From NCBI GenBank assembly GCA_965203295.1, contig CBDBCZ010000019.1, forward strand, positions 352,001 through 416,000: a stretch of DNA of 64,000 nucleotides. Reading direction: 5' to 3'. Positions 20,694-31,235 of the stretch are shown here, one piece after another. The position numbers and the translations under genes are program-made. The first letter of the stretch is position 1, and every line of letters starts with the position of its first letter. The notes beneath the pieces are model-generated. The model was not told the origin of the DNA. It did no database searches and saw nothing but the letters and a program-made list of their open reading frames with translations. Source of the DNA: Nitrospirales bacterium (GTDB lineage: Bacteria; Nitrospirota; Nitrospiria; Nitrospirales; UBA8639).

Positions 20694-21310
20694 GAATAGA
20701 AATCCTCTAGATATAGATACACATTATTCACCCAAGGAACCTTGCCCTTGTTTGGACCCTTACTTTGTGAATCATGAAAGTGAGGTGCTGTCCTTGAAGT
20801 GTTTTCCACAAAAAGAAACTCACCCTACCGTCTTAAGAGCCCCTTCCCACATGAGGGTGAAGGCAATCCGCAACAGCACCGTATAGGCGAGTAAGCTCTA
20901 GAATACCGTCAACGATCAAGATTGTAAAGTTAAAAATCAAATTTCTATTTTCACAGTATTTTCATTATCTTAGATACCTTCGTCCTGGTTGATTAGGGAA
21001 CATTGGACCTAACGACAAGCCCCACAAAGAATCTGTCCGTAGTCCATGCCTCTGACATTGTCCACAAAAAGAGTTTTCCGAATTTCTAGAATGGAGAGTA
21101 GAAGAGATCCAGGGATGACGATCGCCCAACAAAGCCATAGTCGATTTCACGATGCAAAAGACTAGCAGACTTTACTCGGAGTTGAGAACAGAGGTGAGAA
21201 CAATTGAGATTTGGGCCAGACGGTAGGCCTCTTTCCTGGAAGTTTTGGCTTGTCCTCCCAATACCCACGATATAGGGGAGGAAAATGGTCAGTGCTGTCT
21301 GACCAAACCT

Positions 21311-21601
21311 TTAGTATGACCTTGGCCCCCTTTCCCTAGGACCCCCTTTTCTTACTTGGGGACGGGCTTCATTCACAACCAGGTTTCGACCCTGAAACTC
21401 GGTCCCATTCAATGCACTAATGGCTTTTTGTGCTTCCTCTGCACTCGCCATTTCGACGAATCCAAATCCCCTGGATCGGCCAGTCTCCCGGTCTGTCACA
21501 ACATTTGCCGTTTGAACTGTCCCATGCTGTGCAAAGAGTTCTTGCAAGTCCTGATCTGTCGAGCCGTAGGCAAGGTTGCCAACATAGATTTTTTGGTTCA
21601 C
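21311..21601 (-). CDS. RRM (RNP-1) RNA-binding protein
   Basis: KIYVGNL (RNP2), RGFGFVEM (RNP1); GTG start with GGAGG RBS. Confidence 0.93.
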   Translation of the reverse strand: MNQKIYVGNLAYGSTDQDLQELFAQHGTVQTANVVTDRETGRSRGFGFVEMASAEEAQKAISALNGTEFQGRNLVVNEARPQVRKGGPRERGPRSY

Positions 21602-21870
21602 ATCTACCTCCGTTTAACTGTATTCGAGATTGTCCCAGAGAGGGAAGAAATAGGAAAGGGAGATAGACAACCGCCCTGCAAAGCTTCGTCTCATCTGACC
21701 TATTTCAAGAAGGATCTTTCTCACCAGTCCACGTCTGCTGAGGGCCTCTCACACCTTTTATCCTTTATCGCTAGGCCCCATAGCGATCGATTGACGAGCC
21801 AGCCTAGCACCAGTTTAGGCTAAGTTCAACACTTGTAAACCCTATGTCACGTTACTTGCGGAAAGAATTT

Positions 21871-22901
21871 TGAACTTGCTTCGTTTGCGTGGACACTCAG
21901 CCTAGTTTTGCCATCTGTTGCTCATAGTCTGTTGGGCTGATATTTCCTAGGTGTTGATGACGTCTCGCCCGATTATAAAACACCTCAATATAATCGAATA
22001 ATTCGGCTCGCGCGACTTCACAGGTTTTGAAGATGTGGCGACGGATTTTCTCCTTCTTCAAGCTCTCGAAGAAGGACTCGACCGGCGCGTTATCATAACA
22101 GTTGCCTCGGCGACTCATGCTGGGGAGCAACGCATGTGTCTGGCAGAATCGAGTCCAGTCATCGCTGCTGAACTGCGACCTCTGATCCGAATGGATAATG
22201 GATAATGACGTTCTGCTTGGGCTTGCGTCGCCAGACGGCCATCAGTAAGGCATCCAGCACAATTTCTTTGGCCAGGGTGGCCTTCATCGACCAGCCGATG
22301 ATCCGGTGTGAGTAGAGATCCATCACTACCGCCAGATAGAGCCACCCTTCGTAGGTCCGAATATAGGTGATGTCGGTCGCCCACACATGATCCGGCCGGT
22401 CGATCGCAAACTGTTGCTCCAAGCGATTCGGGGCAGCCACCGCCGGCTTGGTATAACGCACGCCGGGTGGCTTATACCCTCGCTGGGCGAGGATCTTATG
22501 GCGCCTCATCAGCTTGGCAATCCGGTTCTTGCCCACACATTCCCCCACTTCTCGCAGATCGCAAAGAATGCGGGGGGCACCATAGGTGCGGCCATTCGCC
22601 TCATGCTCTTCCTGAGCTCGACTGAGTTCCGCCTTCAGCTTCAGGGTCTCGCGCCGCACCTCTTTGAGTTCGGCTTCATACCGATCGGTGGTGTTGGGGG
22701 CATACACCTTGACCCACTTGTACAGACTTTGCACCGAAATCCCCAAGCGTTTCGCGACATCGCCCACGGCGTACCCCCGCTCGATGACCTGCTTGACCGC
22801 TTCTTCTTTGAACTCGTCTGCAAATTTCCCTTTGGTCATACCGGGTCCTCCTCTGCTTTAATTTTAAGCTTAGGAGTGTCCACCGATTCAGAGCAAGTCC
22901 A
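21871..22901 (-). mobile_element. IS3-family insertion sequence, internally deleted and frameshifted (1031 bp)
   Basis: TG…CA ends; 26-bp IRs tgaacttgcttcgtttgcgtggacac and (rc) tggacttgctctgaatcggtggacac; 3-bp TSD ttt; OrfA HTH plus WATDITY, HSD, GNCYDNA..ESFF DDE motifs. Confidence 0.95.
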
Positions 22902-23124
22902 TTTCGACCATCAGAAATCTCTCAGATAGGATGGGATTTGGGAAGTCCGAGTAGGGTATTCAGAAATCTTCCTCGTTGATATTCAGCTGATTTAGATTCA
23001 ACCTGATTGGATGTAAGGCTTTCTTACTATACTCTGAGTCCCAGGATCTGACTCACGGTCGGAGAACAGAAATCTTCTAAGAATACCATATAGATGATAG
23101 GCAGGAGCCCATTATCTCCTACAG

Positions 23125-23460
23125 TTACAGTGATAGTTCTGGTGGAGTTGGTGTAATAGCCGTGAGTTTTCCTCTCATCTTTTTTATTTCGGTTTCAACG
23201 GCACCGAAAGCTAATCGAATGGCCTCTTCAAAAGTTTTAGCTTCTTTCCTCGCCGTAATGGTATGGCGGGGAGGAACGGTTACGACGATGAGAGCTTCAG
23301 CGTTGTCGCTTCCCTTTTTATGATGAGAATTTTTCGTCAGGGTGACTCGCCCATGTGTCAGGTTGTCAAACTCCTCTTGCAGGAAATTCATGCGTTGTTC
23401 AATCTCGCTTTTCCAACGAGGTGTCATCCCGACATTTCGGCTTTCGATTTTGAGGTCCAT
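23125..23460 (-). CDS. HPF/RaiA-like ribosome-associated protein (short form)
   Basis: MDLKIESRNVGMT…AEALI.V.VP…ITAR.EA.TFEEAI..AF..VE fold pattern; GGAAGG RBS. Confidence 0.8.
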   Translation of the reverse strand: MDLKIESRNVGMTPRWKSEIEQRMNFLQEEFDNLTHGRVTLTKNSHHKKGSDNAEALIVVTVPPRHTITARKEAKTFEEAIRLAFGAVETEIKKMRGKLTAITPTPPELSL

Positions 23461-23488
23461 CCATCCATCCTTCCTTCCTTTTTGAATA

Positions 23489-23663
23489 CTAACTTTCTCC
23501 AGACACTTTCCTGATGATCACTTTCGATTTGAGACAAGAAAGATCGGATTCCGGTATCCTCATCATCTCAATAATACAATACGCAACCACACGAGGCCTA
23601 GTATCTTCATCAATGATCCCCTCAGTTGTACCACCATGAATCGGACAAGCAATATTTAGGCAT
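23489..23663 (-). pseudogene. Small Cys-containing protein, probably +1 frameshifted just after its start
   Basis: Removing one A from atgcctaaatattgct gives MPNIACPIHGGTTEGIIDEDTRPRVVAYCIIEMMRIPESDLSCLKSKVIIRKVSGES*. Confidence 0.35.
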
Positions 23664-23760
23664 GAATGCCGTGGCTTGAGCTCCTTTTTCGGTGGCTTGT
23701 CTTGCGAACTGGAATGACCCTGAGGTACTATCTCCGATCCACTCATTACAAGGAGCTGCC

Positions 23761-24528
23761 ATGTCAAAGTCTACCAGTCAACGCGAAAGAAAAGAAGTCT
23801 CCTTTGATAAGAATATTGACCAATTTCGTAGACAGTTGGATACGCTGCGAGGTTTTATTGTCGGGGGGCAAAAGAACGAATCCATCGAAGAATTCGATTT
23901 GACGGTTGAGGATTTGATTAGTCAGGTATTTGGCAGTTCTTCCCAGTTCGTCGATGCTTACGATTATGCTCAGCTTGGTGAGGCTGGGGGGTTAGTCAAC
24001 TTAACGAAAGAGGGGCCAGAAGGGGCATCGCTGGATACCGGTCGGGAAAATTTGCGCCAACGGCAGCGAGTTTTGGAAAGTTGCGTCGCCGACCTGGAAG
24101 CCCGTAGGGCGGGAATGAATAAGGGAGCTCCTGCCAAACCGACCAAAGGACCTCGGGTGTCAGAATTTATGTCTCCAAGGGCTCAATCCATTTCCATGGA
24201 TGCGACGTTAAAGGAGGCTGCCTGCCTCTTGCAGAATATGAAGATTGGCTCTCTTCTTGTTGAAGGAGGCGATGAATTTATTGGGAGTATTTCTGAAACA
24301 GAATTAAGTCATGAGGTGGTCGCCCGCGGTGTTGATCCTTTAACGACAACAGTGAAAACATGTATGCGGGAACCTCTTATCACGATTGAGAGCAGTGAAG
24401 CCATTGTTGAAGTGGTCAAACTCATGAAAGAAAAAGCCATACGTCATGCCGCAGTCACAGAGAGTGGGAAAATTATAGGCGTGATCTCTGTTTCCGATAT
24501 CCTTCGTTATTATTCTGGTGTTGTCTAG
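23761..24528 (+). CDS. CBS-pair protein with N-terminal helical domain
   Basis: AAGGAG RBS; two CBS domains; paralog of 684..1452. Confidence 0.85.
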   Translation: MSKSTSQRERKEVSFDKNIDQFRRQLDTLRGFIVGGQKNESIEEFDLTVEDLISQVFGSSSQFVDAYDYAQLGEAGGLVNLTKEGPEGASLDTGRENLRQRQRVLESCVADLEARRAGMNKGAPAKPTKGPRVSEFMSPRAQSISMDATLKEAACLLQNMKIGSLLVEGGDEFIGSISETELSHEVVARGVDPLTTTVKTCMREPLITIESSEAIVEVVKLMKEKAIRHAAVTESGKIIGVISVSDILRYYSGVV

Positions 24529-24670
24529 CTAACCCTTCCCCGAAGATCCTGGTCAAGCAAAGGTTTCGGAGCTATCTGATCTGTGTCCCCATTTCCTGTG
24601 GGGCTCGTCTTTTTTTTATACATTCACATGACAAGAACAACTGATCTCCCTCAAATCAGATCTTTTTTGG

Positions 24671-26248
24671 TCAGGGTTCCCATCTTTTCCTCAATTCCTG
24701 TATGACCAGGGAAACATGTTTTGGATTGGTAGGATCGATCTTCAAAACAAAAGGTCGCTCTTCACTGTCGAGGGGTTCTTGATTCCTGTCCTGGGTTTTC
24801 CACACACTCAGATTCGCATTTGATGCATCGCGCCCTTCGCGTTCACGATCCAGAATACGTTGGCGCGAGTCCTGTTCCGAGGCTTCGGTATGAAGAATGA
24901 CAAACGGAATATTTCGGGATTGAGCCAACTGAAAAAATGATTTTCGGTCCTGTCGATGAAGAAAAGTCGCATCCACGATGACTGGAAACTCTGCGTCGAG
25001 TAGAGATTTGGCAAATTCCTTGAGCCGAGCGTAAGTGGCTTGAGTGGCATCTGCTCCATAGATCTCTGCGATTTGGTCCTGGCTGGAATGTTCCTCCGGC
25101 TTCAGTCCAAAAAGGCGTTTTCGTTCTACGTCTGACCGTAGGCGAATGATGCCTAACTGTTCGAGCAGATGTTGTGAAAGGGTCGTTTTTCCCGATCCAG
25201 AAAGACCATGCATAATGATCAAGGCGGGTGAGCTGGGTTGGATTAATCGCGTTGCCCAATTCAAATACCGCCGAAATTCTCGTTGAAGTAACAACTTGTC
25301 ATCTTGGCTTAGAAGAATTTGTTTCATTCGAATGGCCGTCACCTTGGCTCTCACCAAAGCCCGGTAGACTTCGTAAAAACGAAATAAACGCAATCCTTTG
25401 TAATCTCCAGTTCGTTCCAGGTAGTGATTCAAAAAACGATAGGAATAAGAAGTCTGGCCGTGAGTTTTTAAATCCATCACGAAAAAGGCGATTTCACTCA
25501 ATACATCAATCCATCGGAATGCTTCATTGAATTCTATACAATCAAATACAGTGATGCGGTCATGAAGTAACGCCATATTCCCCATATGGAGATCTCCATG
25601 GCATTCCCGAATGAACCCTTCGCGTTTGTGTAAGGTGAACATGTTTTTCGATGAAGAAAATGCGTGATCCATCCATGAGTCAAGTTCATGAATCTGGTCT
25701 TTCTGACTTTCCTCGAAAGCATTCTCAACGAGGTGGTCGAGGCATTCACATATGGGACGCCCAACCATATCAGGATTCCCAAACCGCATTTCATCATCAG
25801 ATATCCGACTACTGCTATGAAACTCAGGGATGTCTTCTACGAGTAAATCAATGTGCTTATTCCTCACCTCACCTCGATCCAGACAGAATGAGAGTAGGGT
25901 CGTTTGGGGGAATTCCCTCATTTTGAGGGTATATTCAATCGAAGGACCCGCACCATTCAGAACAGGACGTTCAGGGGAGCCAGTAATGGGAAGAACTTCA
26001 AGGTACAGAGCTGGCGCTAAGCGCTGATTTAATCGAAGCTCCTCCAGACAATAAAAATGTCGTTTTTCCAATGAGGAGAAATCAGCAAATCCGAGATTGA
26101 CCGGCTTTTTGAGTTTATAGGCGTAAAGACCTGTGAGAATAACCCAAGAAATATGGGTTTCCAGAATTTTTATGTCCTTAACCGGATGCGGAAAAAAATT
26201 AGGATCTTGAAAAGCGGTAAGAAGAGGAGACTTATTGGTCGCATTCAC
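24671..26248 (-). CDS. Bifunctional APH-like phosphotransferase / AAA_33 kinase protein
   Basis: ETHISWVIL, CHGDLHMGN, FDCIEFN; GLSGSGKT P-loop; RSDVERK. Confidence 0.9.
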   Translation of the reverse strand: MNATNKSPLLTAFQDPNFFPHPVKDIKILETHISWVILTGLYAYKLKKPVNLGFADFSSLEKRHFYCLEELRLNQRLAPALYLEVLPITGSPERPVLNGAGPSIEYTLKMREFPQTTLLSFCLDRGEVRNKHIDLLVEDIPEFHSSSRISDDEMRFGNPDMVGRPICECLDHLVENAFEESQKDQIHELDSWMDHAFSSSKNMFTLHKREGFIRECHGDLHMGNMALLHDRITVFDCIEFNEAFRWIDVLSEIAFFVMDLKTHGQTSYSYRFLNHYLERTGDYKGLRLFRFYEVYRALVRAKVTAIRMKQILLSQDDKLLLQREFRRYLNWATRLIQPSSPALIIMHGLSGSGKTTLSQHLLEQLGIIRLRSDVERKRLFGLKPEEHSSQDQIAEIYGADATQATYARLKEFAKSLLDAEFPVIVDATFLHRQDRKSFFQLAQSRNIPFVILHTEASEQDSRQRILDREREGRDASNANLSVWKTQDRNQEPLDSEERPFVLKIDPTNPKHVSLVIQELRKRWEP

Positions 26249-26605
26249 CGTTCGTACCTTTGGAAATGTTCTCTACTATCCTATCAAGAAGGCAAAGGTC
26301 ATACATCAGAGAATATCAATGAATCGAGCTAACCTCGTTGTTCGTTCCACGTGCGATTCTCAGGAAATGTAGAAAATTTGAGGAACATCGGCCACTGTAA
26401 ACAAAAACTTCCTTCTGGAATACTCTATCAGGTGGACTGAGGAAAAGGTTCACCGTAGATCAATCGTCTTCGATAGAAGGATTTTGGAAATAGGGCGAAT
26501 GTTGTTAGAATAAATAATAAATCTATTCGTTTGCTCATCATGCGTGACTAAGAGGAAAAAAGTACTGGCATAGATGTTCCGATTCAATTGTTGCAGAGTC
26601 ATCGA

Positions 26606-27336
26606 ATGATGAAGAAGAGCGTGATCTCTCATATGTTTGCTTGGTGGTCCCTACAGATGCCTATCGCCCTAGTGGTTTTCAATCTTTTGGGAGTTTTTTG
26701 GCAAGAAGTCCCAGTTTCTGCAAGCCCTCCCACCCCCATCACCCGATATAGTCAAATGGCTGTCCCTATTCTCGGGGTGACTTTAGATCGTCATAGGCAA
26801 CCAGTCGGTGTCGTCATTCAAGTCATCATATATTTTATTGAACGAAATGATCAGAATGGTCTTCAAATTCTTTTTCAGAACAATTTCGGGAAATTTTCCC
26901 CTATGGCTAAAGAGTCTGTTCATAGTGCCATTACACGAGTGTCTCGATTGGCTCATGTCCGTTCAGACTCTTGGACTGTGTATCTCACCTTTCCCTATAG
27001 CGGATCGACCATGTACGGTGAAAGTTTGTCGGCCATGGTTGGATTGAGTGTCCTTGCGTTAGCCAAAGGGCATGCGGTTATATACGGACGGTCTATCACC
27101 GGAACCATCACCGAGAACGGGCAGATTGGAAAGGTGGTGGTGTCCCAGAAAAAATTGAAGCAGCTTTTTCGAAGAATCTAGATCGCATACTCATTCCAGA
27201 AGAAAGAGATGTTGGAGATGCTGACTGGCAGACGCCGTTCCTTATGCAAGTTTCCCCTGTCGGAACTGTGGGTAAGGCCTATTATGGACTGACCGGATAC
27301 CCTCTTCACGACCCTTCCCAAGAGGAATCATCGTAG
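26606..27336 (+). pseudogene. Lon-protease C-terminal (S16-like) domain protein, frameshifted
   Basis: YGESLSAMVGL…ITGTI.ENG.IGKV, frameshift at the VGG motif near 27135, tail …RILIPEE…YYGLT in another frame. Confidence 0.7.
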
Positions 27337-27650
27337 GAGACTTTCTCGTCCCATTCTATAGATATTCCTATCATTAGAAAAATTTCTACGACAGAATGCG
27401 ACTTTATCTTCTTGGAACAGTGAATTTTTATCCCAGAATCACAGAGGGCGTTTTGTCGGAATTAAGAACACTCTAGCCAATTCAGGAATCTTTCCCTACG
27501 CTGAATGAATCTTAGAGTGAATGGTGGAGGCCTAGTGGGAAGGATGAAAGAACTTGTGCTTCTCGATAGGTTGACTCCATTTATGGCGGCTTTTACGAAG
27601 CACGGAAATTCATTCAGGAAAGGAAGAAAGAGAGACTCTTTCCCAATAAC

Positions 27651-28415
27651 ATGATGGGGATTTCAACACGCGTTCAGTCCTGGCTTGCGAGCCTTGTGGG
27701 TATTCCCTTCCTTACGCCGGACCCGCCTAATGGGCGGGCTGCTGATTGGAAACGTGAGGATCCTGATCGGCAAGTCGATCGTGATCACATGGTCCAAACT
27801 CAGATTATCGGGCGTGGGGTCAGAGACGAGGCGGTTTTGGCAGCCATGTATCAGGTCCCACGACACCGGTTTATTCCAGAGGCGTATGGTGATTCTGCCT
27901 ATGAGGACCATCCCATTCCAATCGGGGAAGGTCAGACCATTTCCCAACCCTACATTGTGGCGTACATGACGCAAACCTTCACCCTTCACAAAACGGACAG
28001 GATTCTGGAAATTGGGACGGGAACGGGATACCAGGCAGCGGTCTTGGCCCATCTTGTTTCTCACGTGTATACGATCGAAATCGTAGAAAGCTTGGGCCTT
28101 CGTGCCAAAGATAATTTTCAAGCATTGGGCTATGCCAACATTGACGTTCGGATTGGAGATGGTTATCAAGGCTGGCCAGAACAGGCTCCCTTTGATGCCA
28201 TTATTCTTACGGCGGCCCCAACGCACATTCCTCCAGCGCTGCTAAGCCAAATGAAAATTGGAAAGAGGTTGATTTTGCCGATGGGCAGTTTTTCTCAGGA
28301 GCTTATCTTGGTCCATAAGACCATAAGAGGATACCAGCAGAAGCAACTGCTGCCTGTTTCATTCGTGCCTATGACGGGAAAAGCAAAGACTCAAGGGGCC
28401 TATGATAGCCCTTGA
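27651..28415 (+). CDS. pcm: Protein-L-isoaspartate O-methyltransferase
   Basis: VPRHRF, GQTISQPYIVA, LEIGTGTGYQAA, GDGYQGWPEQAPFDAI, FVPM. Confidence 0.95.
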   Translation: MMGISTRVQSWLASLVGIPFLTPDPPNGRAADWKREDPDRQVDRDHMVQTQIIGRGVRDEAVLAAMYQVPRHRFIPEAYGDSAYEDHPIPIGEGQTISQPYIVAYMTQTFTLHKTDRILEIGTGTGYQAAVLAHLVSHVYTIEIVESLGLRAKDNFQALGYANIDVRIGDGYQGWPEQAPFDAIILTAAPTHIPPALLSQMKIGKRLILPMGSFSQELILVHKTIRGYQQKQLLPVSFVPMTGKAKTQGAYDSP

Positions 28416-28492
28416 GGCAAATTGTTTCCCAAAACTTGTTCAACAAATAACCGCAATATATGAGTTGACTACGAGAAATAGGAGGACGAGGA

Positions 28493-29041
28493 ATGCAGAA
28501 AATCCATTCGGAAATTCCTTCCTTTCAAAAGATTGCGAGTGTCTTGATACTAGGGATTTCAGGGGTATTTGGATGTATTGATGACCCCAAAGCTGCGGAG
28601 AACCTTCCTCAAGTCACCATTCTCCCGTTAGAGCAGGCGAAAGAAGCTGCTGCAGCTTCCCTGGCCAAGTGTGAAAAGGATGGCTATCAGGTCAGTGTCG
28701 CTGTTGTGGACCGAGGTGGGAACCTCAAAGTTCTCCTGCGAGGTGATGGAGCAGGTCCCCATACAACCGATAGTAGTACACGGAAAGCGTACACATCGGC
28801 CAGCCTTCGCCGATCGACGATTGAGTTGGCCGCCTTAATTCATAAAATCCCCACGATTGAGGGATTACGTGACATGAATGAAAAGATTCTTATCCTTGGA
28901 GGGGGGCTACCCGTTACGATAAGCGGGGAAGTCCTCGGGGGGATTGGTGTAGGAGGAGCACCGGGTGGACATCTTGATGACGCTTGTGCTCGAGAAGGGT
29001 TGAAGGCGATCGGAGCTTTGGGAAGTTCGACGGAAAAGTAA
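28493..29041 (+). CDS. GlcG/HbpS-family heme-binding lipoprotein
   Basis: VSVAVVDRGG, GAGPHT, KAYTSAS, GGGLP, GGIGVGGAPGG..D; lipobox-like VFGC. Confidence 0.88.
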   Translation: MQKIHSEIPSFQKIASVLILGISGVFGCIDDPKAAENLPQVTILPLEQAKEAAAASLAKCEKDGYQVSVAVVDRGGNLKVLLRGDGAGPHTTDSSTRKAYTSASLRRSTIELAALIHKIPTIEGLRDMNEKILILGGGLPVTISGEVLGGIGVGGAPGGHLDDACAREGLKAIGALGSSTEK

Positions 29042-29137
29042 GGACTCGTCTGTTCAGGTTTCTTTCTTCTCGGGAAGTGTTGCTTAAATCTCCTCTACGG
29101 CTAAGAGGATTCAACCAAATGTCGACGGCCTAGGCAC

Positions 29138-29180
29138 CTAGCAGTTGTTGAAAAACTCAAAACTTCCCAACATCCTGCTA
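29138..29180. repeat. Mini-element made of two MITE TIRs only
   Basis: ctagcagttgttgaaaaa…ttcccaacatcctgcta; the right end overlaps the TAG stop of the 29178..30092 gene. Confidence 0.55.
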
Positions 29181-30092
29181 TGGTTCTTGAAGTTCGTGGG
29201 TCGGCTTAATATCAAGCGGTTCACCCAGAGCTCCCAATCCAAAATGAGGTTTCTCAACCAGGGTGGTATGACGGCTCTGGTAGTTGGTAGAGGCCTCGAA
29301 TTCAAACCGCGTCTTGAGAGTCTCATCCGCTAACACCACAACCTTCATATCCAAAATCCCGCGCATGCCTGGATGCCAGGCAACCAAGGTATACATTCCT
29401 TCAGGAATGTCCGTAATCGAAAAATTTCCCTGCTCATCGGTGATCGGATAATACGGATTGGTGACAGCTATTCCCCAAGATTGCATATAAGCGTGGAACC
29501 CGCATTCAAAGAAAAAGATACGACGCCCTTTGGAAAACCGAATCGTATCGACGAGAGTCTCTCCCGGAAGGTGTTCATGGTTTTGCAGGCTATCCTTGGG
29601 ATGATGAGGATTAAGGCGGAGTGGTCGATGGAACATCACCTCGGATCCAAAAGGAGCCGTCTCATACAGTTGGACATCGTGAAGAATTGGGTCCATGTTC
29701 ACAACTCTAATTTCAGAATTGTCTCGAACAACGTTCACGTTCGGTGAGAGAGTGCAGTCTTCAGCCTCGATGGTGGGAACAGTCACTTCGAAGGGTTTAC
29801 CATGATGAATACCCTCGAGCATGACGACGGTGTCTTGTAATCCTCCATCAGGGGCTACCTGAAATTCGTCTAGCAGCCGCCATCCCTTTCCATTTGATAT
29901 CCGACCACAAAATACTGGTTCGGGAAAGGTTACGAGATTAAATGCCTGAGGGTTCGGTTTTTCCCCATTCAGAATCACTTTTCCGGTTATGGACCCGCCA
30001 TTGGAAACAGCTCCTTCGTTATAAGACCAAGCTGGAGAAGCCCATACGAAAAGAGTGCTTAGGATAAGGATTTTCAACAGATTGTTCGTCAA
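29178..30092 (-). CDS. Secreted carboxypeptidase-regulatory-like / cupredoxin-fold protein
   Basis: Signal peptide; GSITGKV, NMDPILHD, ECGFHAYMQSW, F.I.DIPEG.Y.LVAWHP. Confidence 0.75.
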   Translation of the reverse strand: MTNNLLKILILSTLFVWASPAWSYNEGAVSNGGSITGKVILNGEKPNPQAFNLVTFPEPVFCGRISNGKGWRLLDEFQVAPDGGLQDTVVMLEGIHHGKPFEVTVPTIEAEDCTLSPNVNVVRDNSEIRVVNMDPILHDVQLYETAPFGSEVMFHRPLRLNPHHPKDSLQNHEHLPGETLVDTIRFSKGRRIFFFECGFHAYMQSWGIAVTNPYYPITDEQGNFSITDIPEGMYTLVAWHPGMRGILDMKVVVLADETLKTRFEFEASTNYQSRHTTLVEKPHFGLGALGEPLDIKPTHELQEP

Positions 30093-30319
30093 GTATATGC
30101 CTCTTAGGTTAGAGATGGATTAATCGATACAGATTTAGACATGCTACGCAAAACGACCCTGCACTTTCTAGGGCTCTACCAGAGTATCTCACTACCCTAC
30201 CAAATTACGTGCCTAATGCGATCATCTTGGTTTTATTGAGATTTTGGTGAAAAATGAATGAAAAACAGATTGACTTTGTTGCATTTCTCTACAAAAGAAA
30301 AGAAGAGCGAGGAACCAGA

Positions 30320-30478
30320 ATGCCACAGGTTCCACAAGAAGTAGGACACTTGAAAAACTTTGAGAAGACAAAAAAGAAACGAACACCTGGAGAGTCCTTC
30401 ATTGAAGAAGGCCATGGTGGTTGGCATACTATTACTCCAATTGGCTTATCGTTAGATGCTGGTACTGTACAACCATGA
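30320..30478 (+). CDS. Small hypothetical protein
   Basis: GAGGA RBS; MPQVPQEVGHLKNFEK…GESFIEEGHGGWHTITPIGLSLD. Confidence 0.55.
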   Translation: MPQVPQEVGHLKNFEKTKKKRTPGESFIEEGHGGWHTITPIGLSLDAGTVQP

Positions 30479-30487
30479 GGTTTCCAC

Positions 30488-30883
30488 ATGGGTCCAACCA
30501 AAGTCATCGTAAAAGACGGGTCACTCTTTGACGCTAAAACAGGAAAGTTAATCAAAGAAGGGCTGACAACGCATAAAGATATTTAGGACTATGCAAAGCA
30601 TCATTACATCGTCTTACCGGTCGTCGATAAAGCCTGCCAACATTGGACTCTCGATGGACAACCCGTCTACTGCTTACAAGGCAGCAGGTTTGAAACAGTC
30701 AAGAATGAAGTCGTCCGTCTCGCCCGGTGCCCTGATTGTGGAGGTATGGGGATTCGCGATGACGAACCGATAGTAGAATCAGACTGCATCCGATGCGTCA
30801 AATGTGGTCATGAATTTGATGCTAGGTTGGAAATGATGAAAAGTTATTGTCCGTTTGCATGTATTACTTGCCCAATTTCTTGA
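30488..30883 (+). pseudogene. Zinc-ribbon protein with internal TAG (absent from the ORF track)
   Basis: MGPTKVIVK…KDI*DYAKHHYIVLP…RCPDCGGMG…DCIRCVKCGHEF; TAG at 30584-86. Confidence 0.7.
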
Positions 30884-31163
30884 TCGGTGCGTAGATGAAG
30901 CGGCAAAGCGTTCATTTCCCGAGGCCGAATTCCAAGATTATTTACGGGACACACAGACCAAGGCAACAGAACTTCTGTCAACCAACCGAGTGGTTAAAGA
31001 AAAGATTCAACAGGAATTTGACCGAATCATGAGTCTGGGAAAGGCCTGTGCTGAAGGGAAAGCCAATGAAGTTGACAAGAGTCAACTGGAAAAAGAACGA
31101 GAAACGCTCAAGATCAAAACCCTGACCCTCAGCGATTTATTAGCCGTCTTCCGGTCGATATAG
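30855..31163 (+). CDS. Hypothetical helical protein, possibly 5'-truncated
   Basis: Open frame with no RBS; overlaps the end of the previous gene. Confidence 0.5.
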   Translation: MHVLLAQFLDRCVDEAAKRSFPEAEFQDYLRDTQTKATELLSTNRVVKEKIQQEFDRIMSLGKACAEGKANEVDKSQLEKERETLKIKTLTLSDLLAVFRSI

Positions 31164-31235
31164 TCTGAGTTGTTTATAGATTAAGATGGTGAATCCAGCG
31201 TCAGGATCATGAAGTGCAGACTGAGAGTGCGGCCT

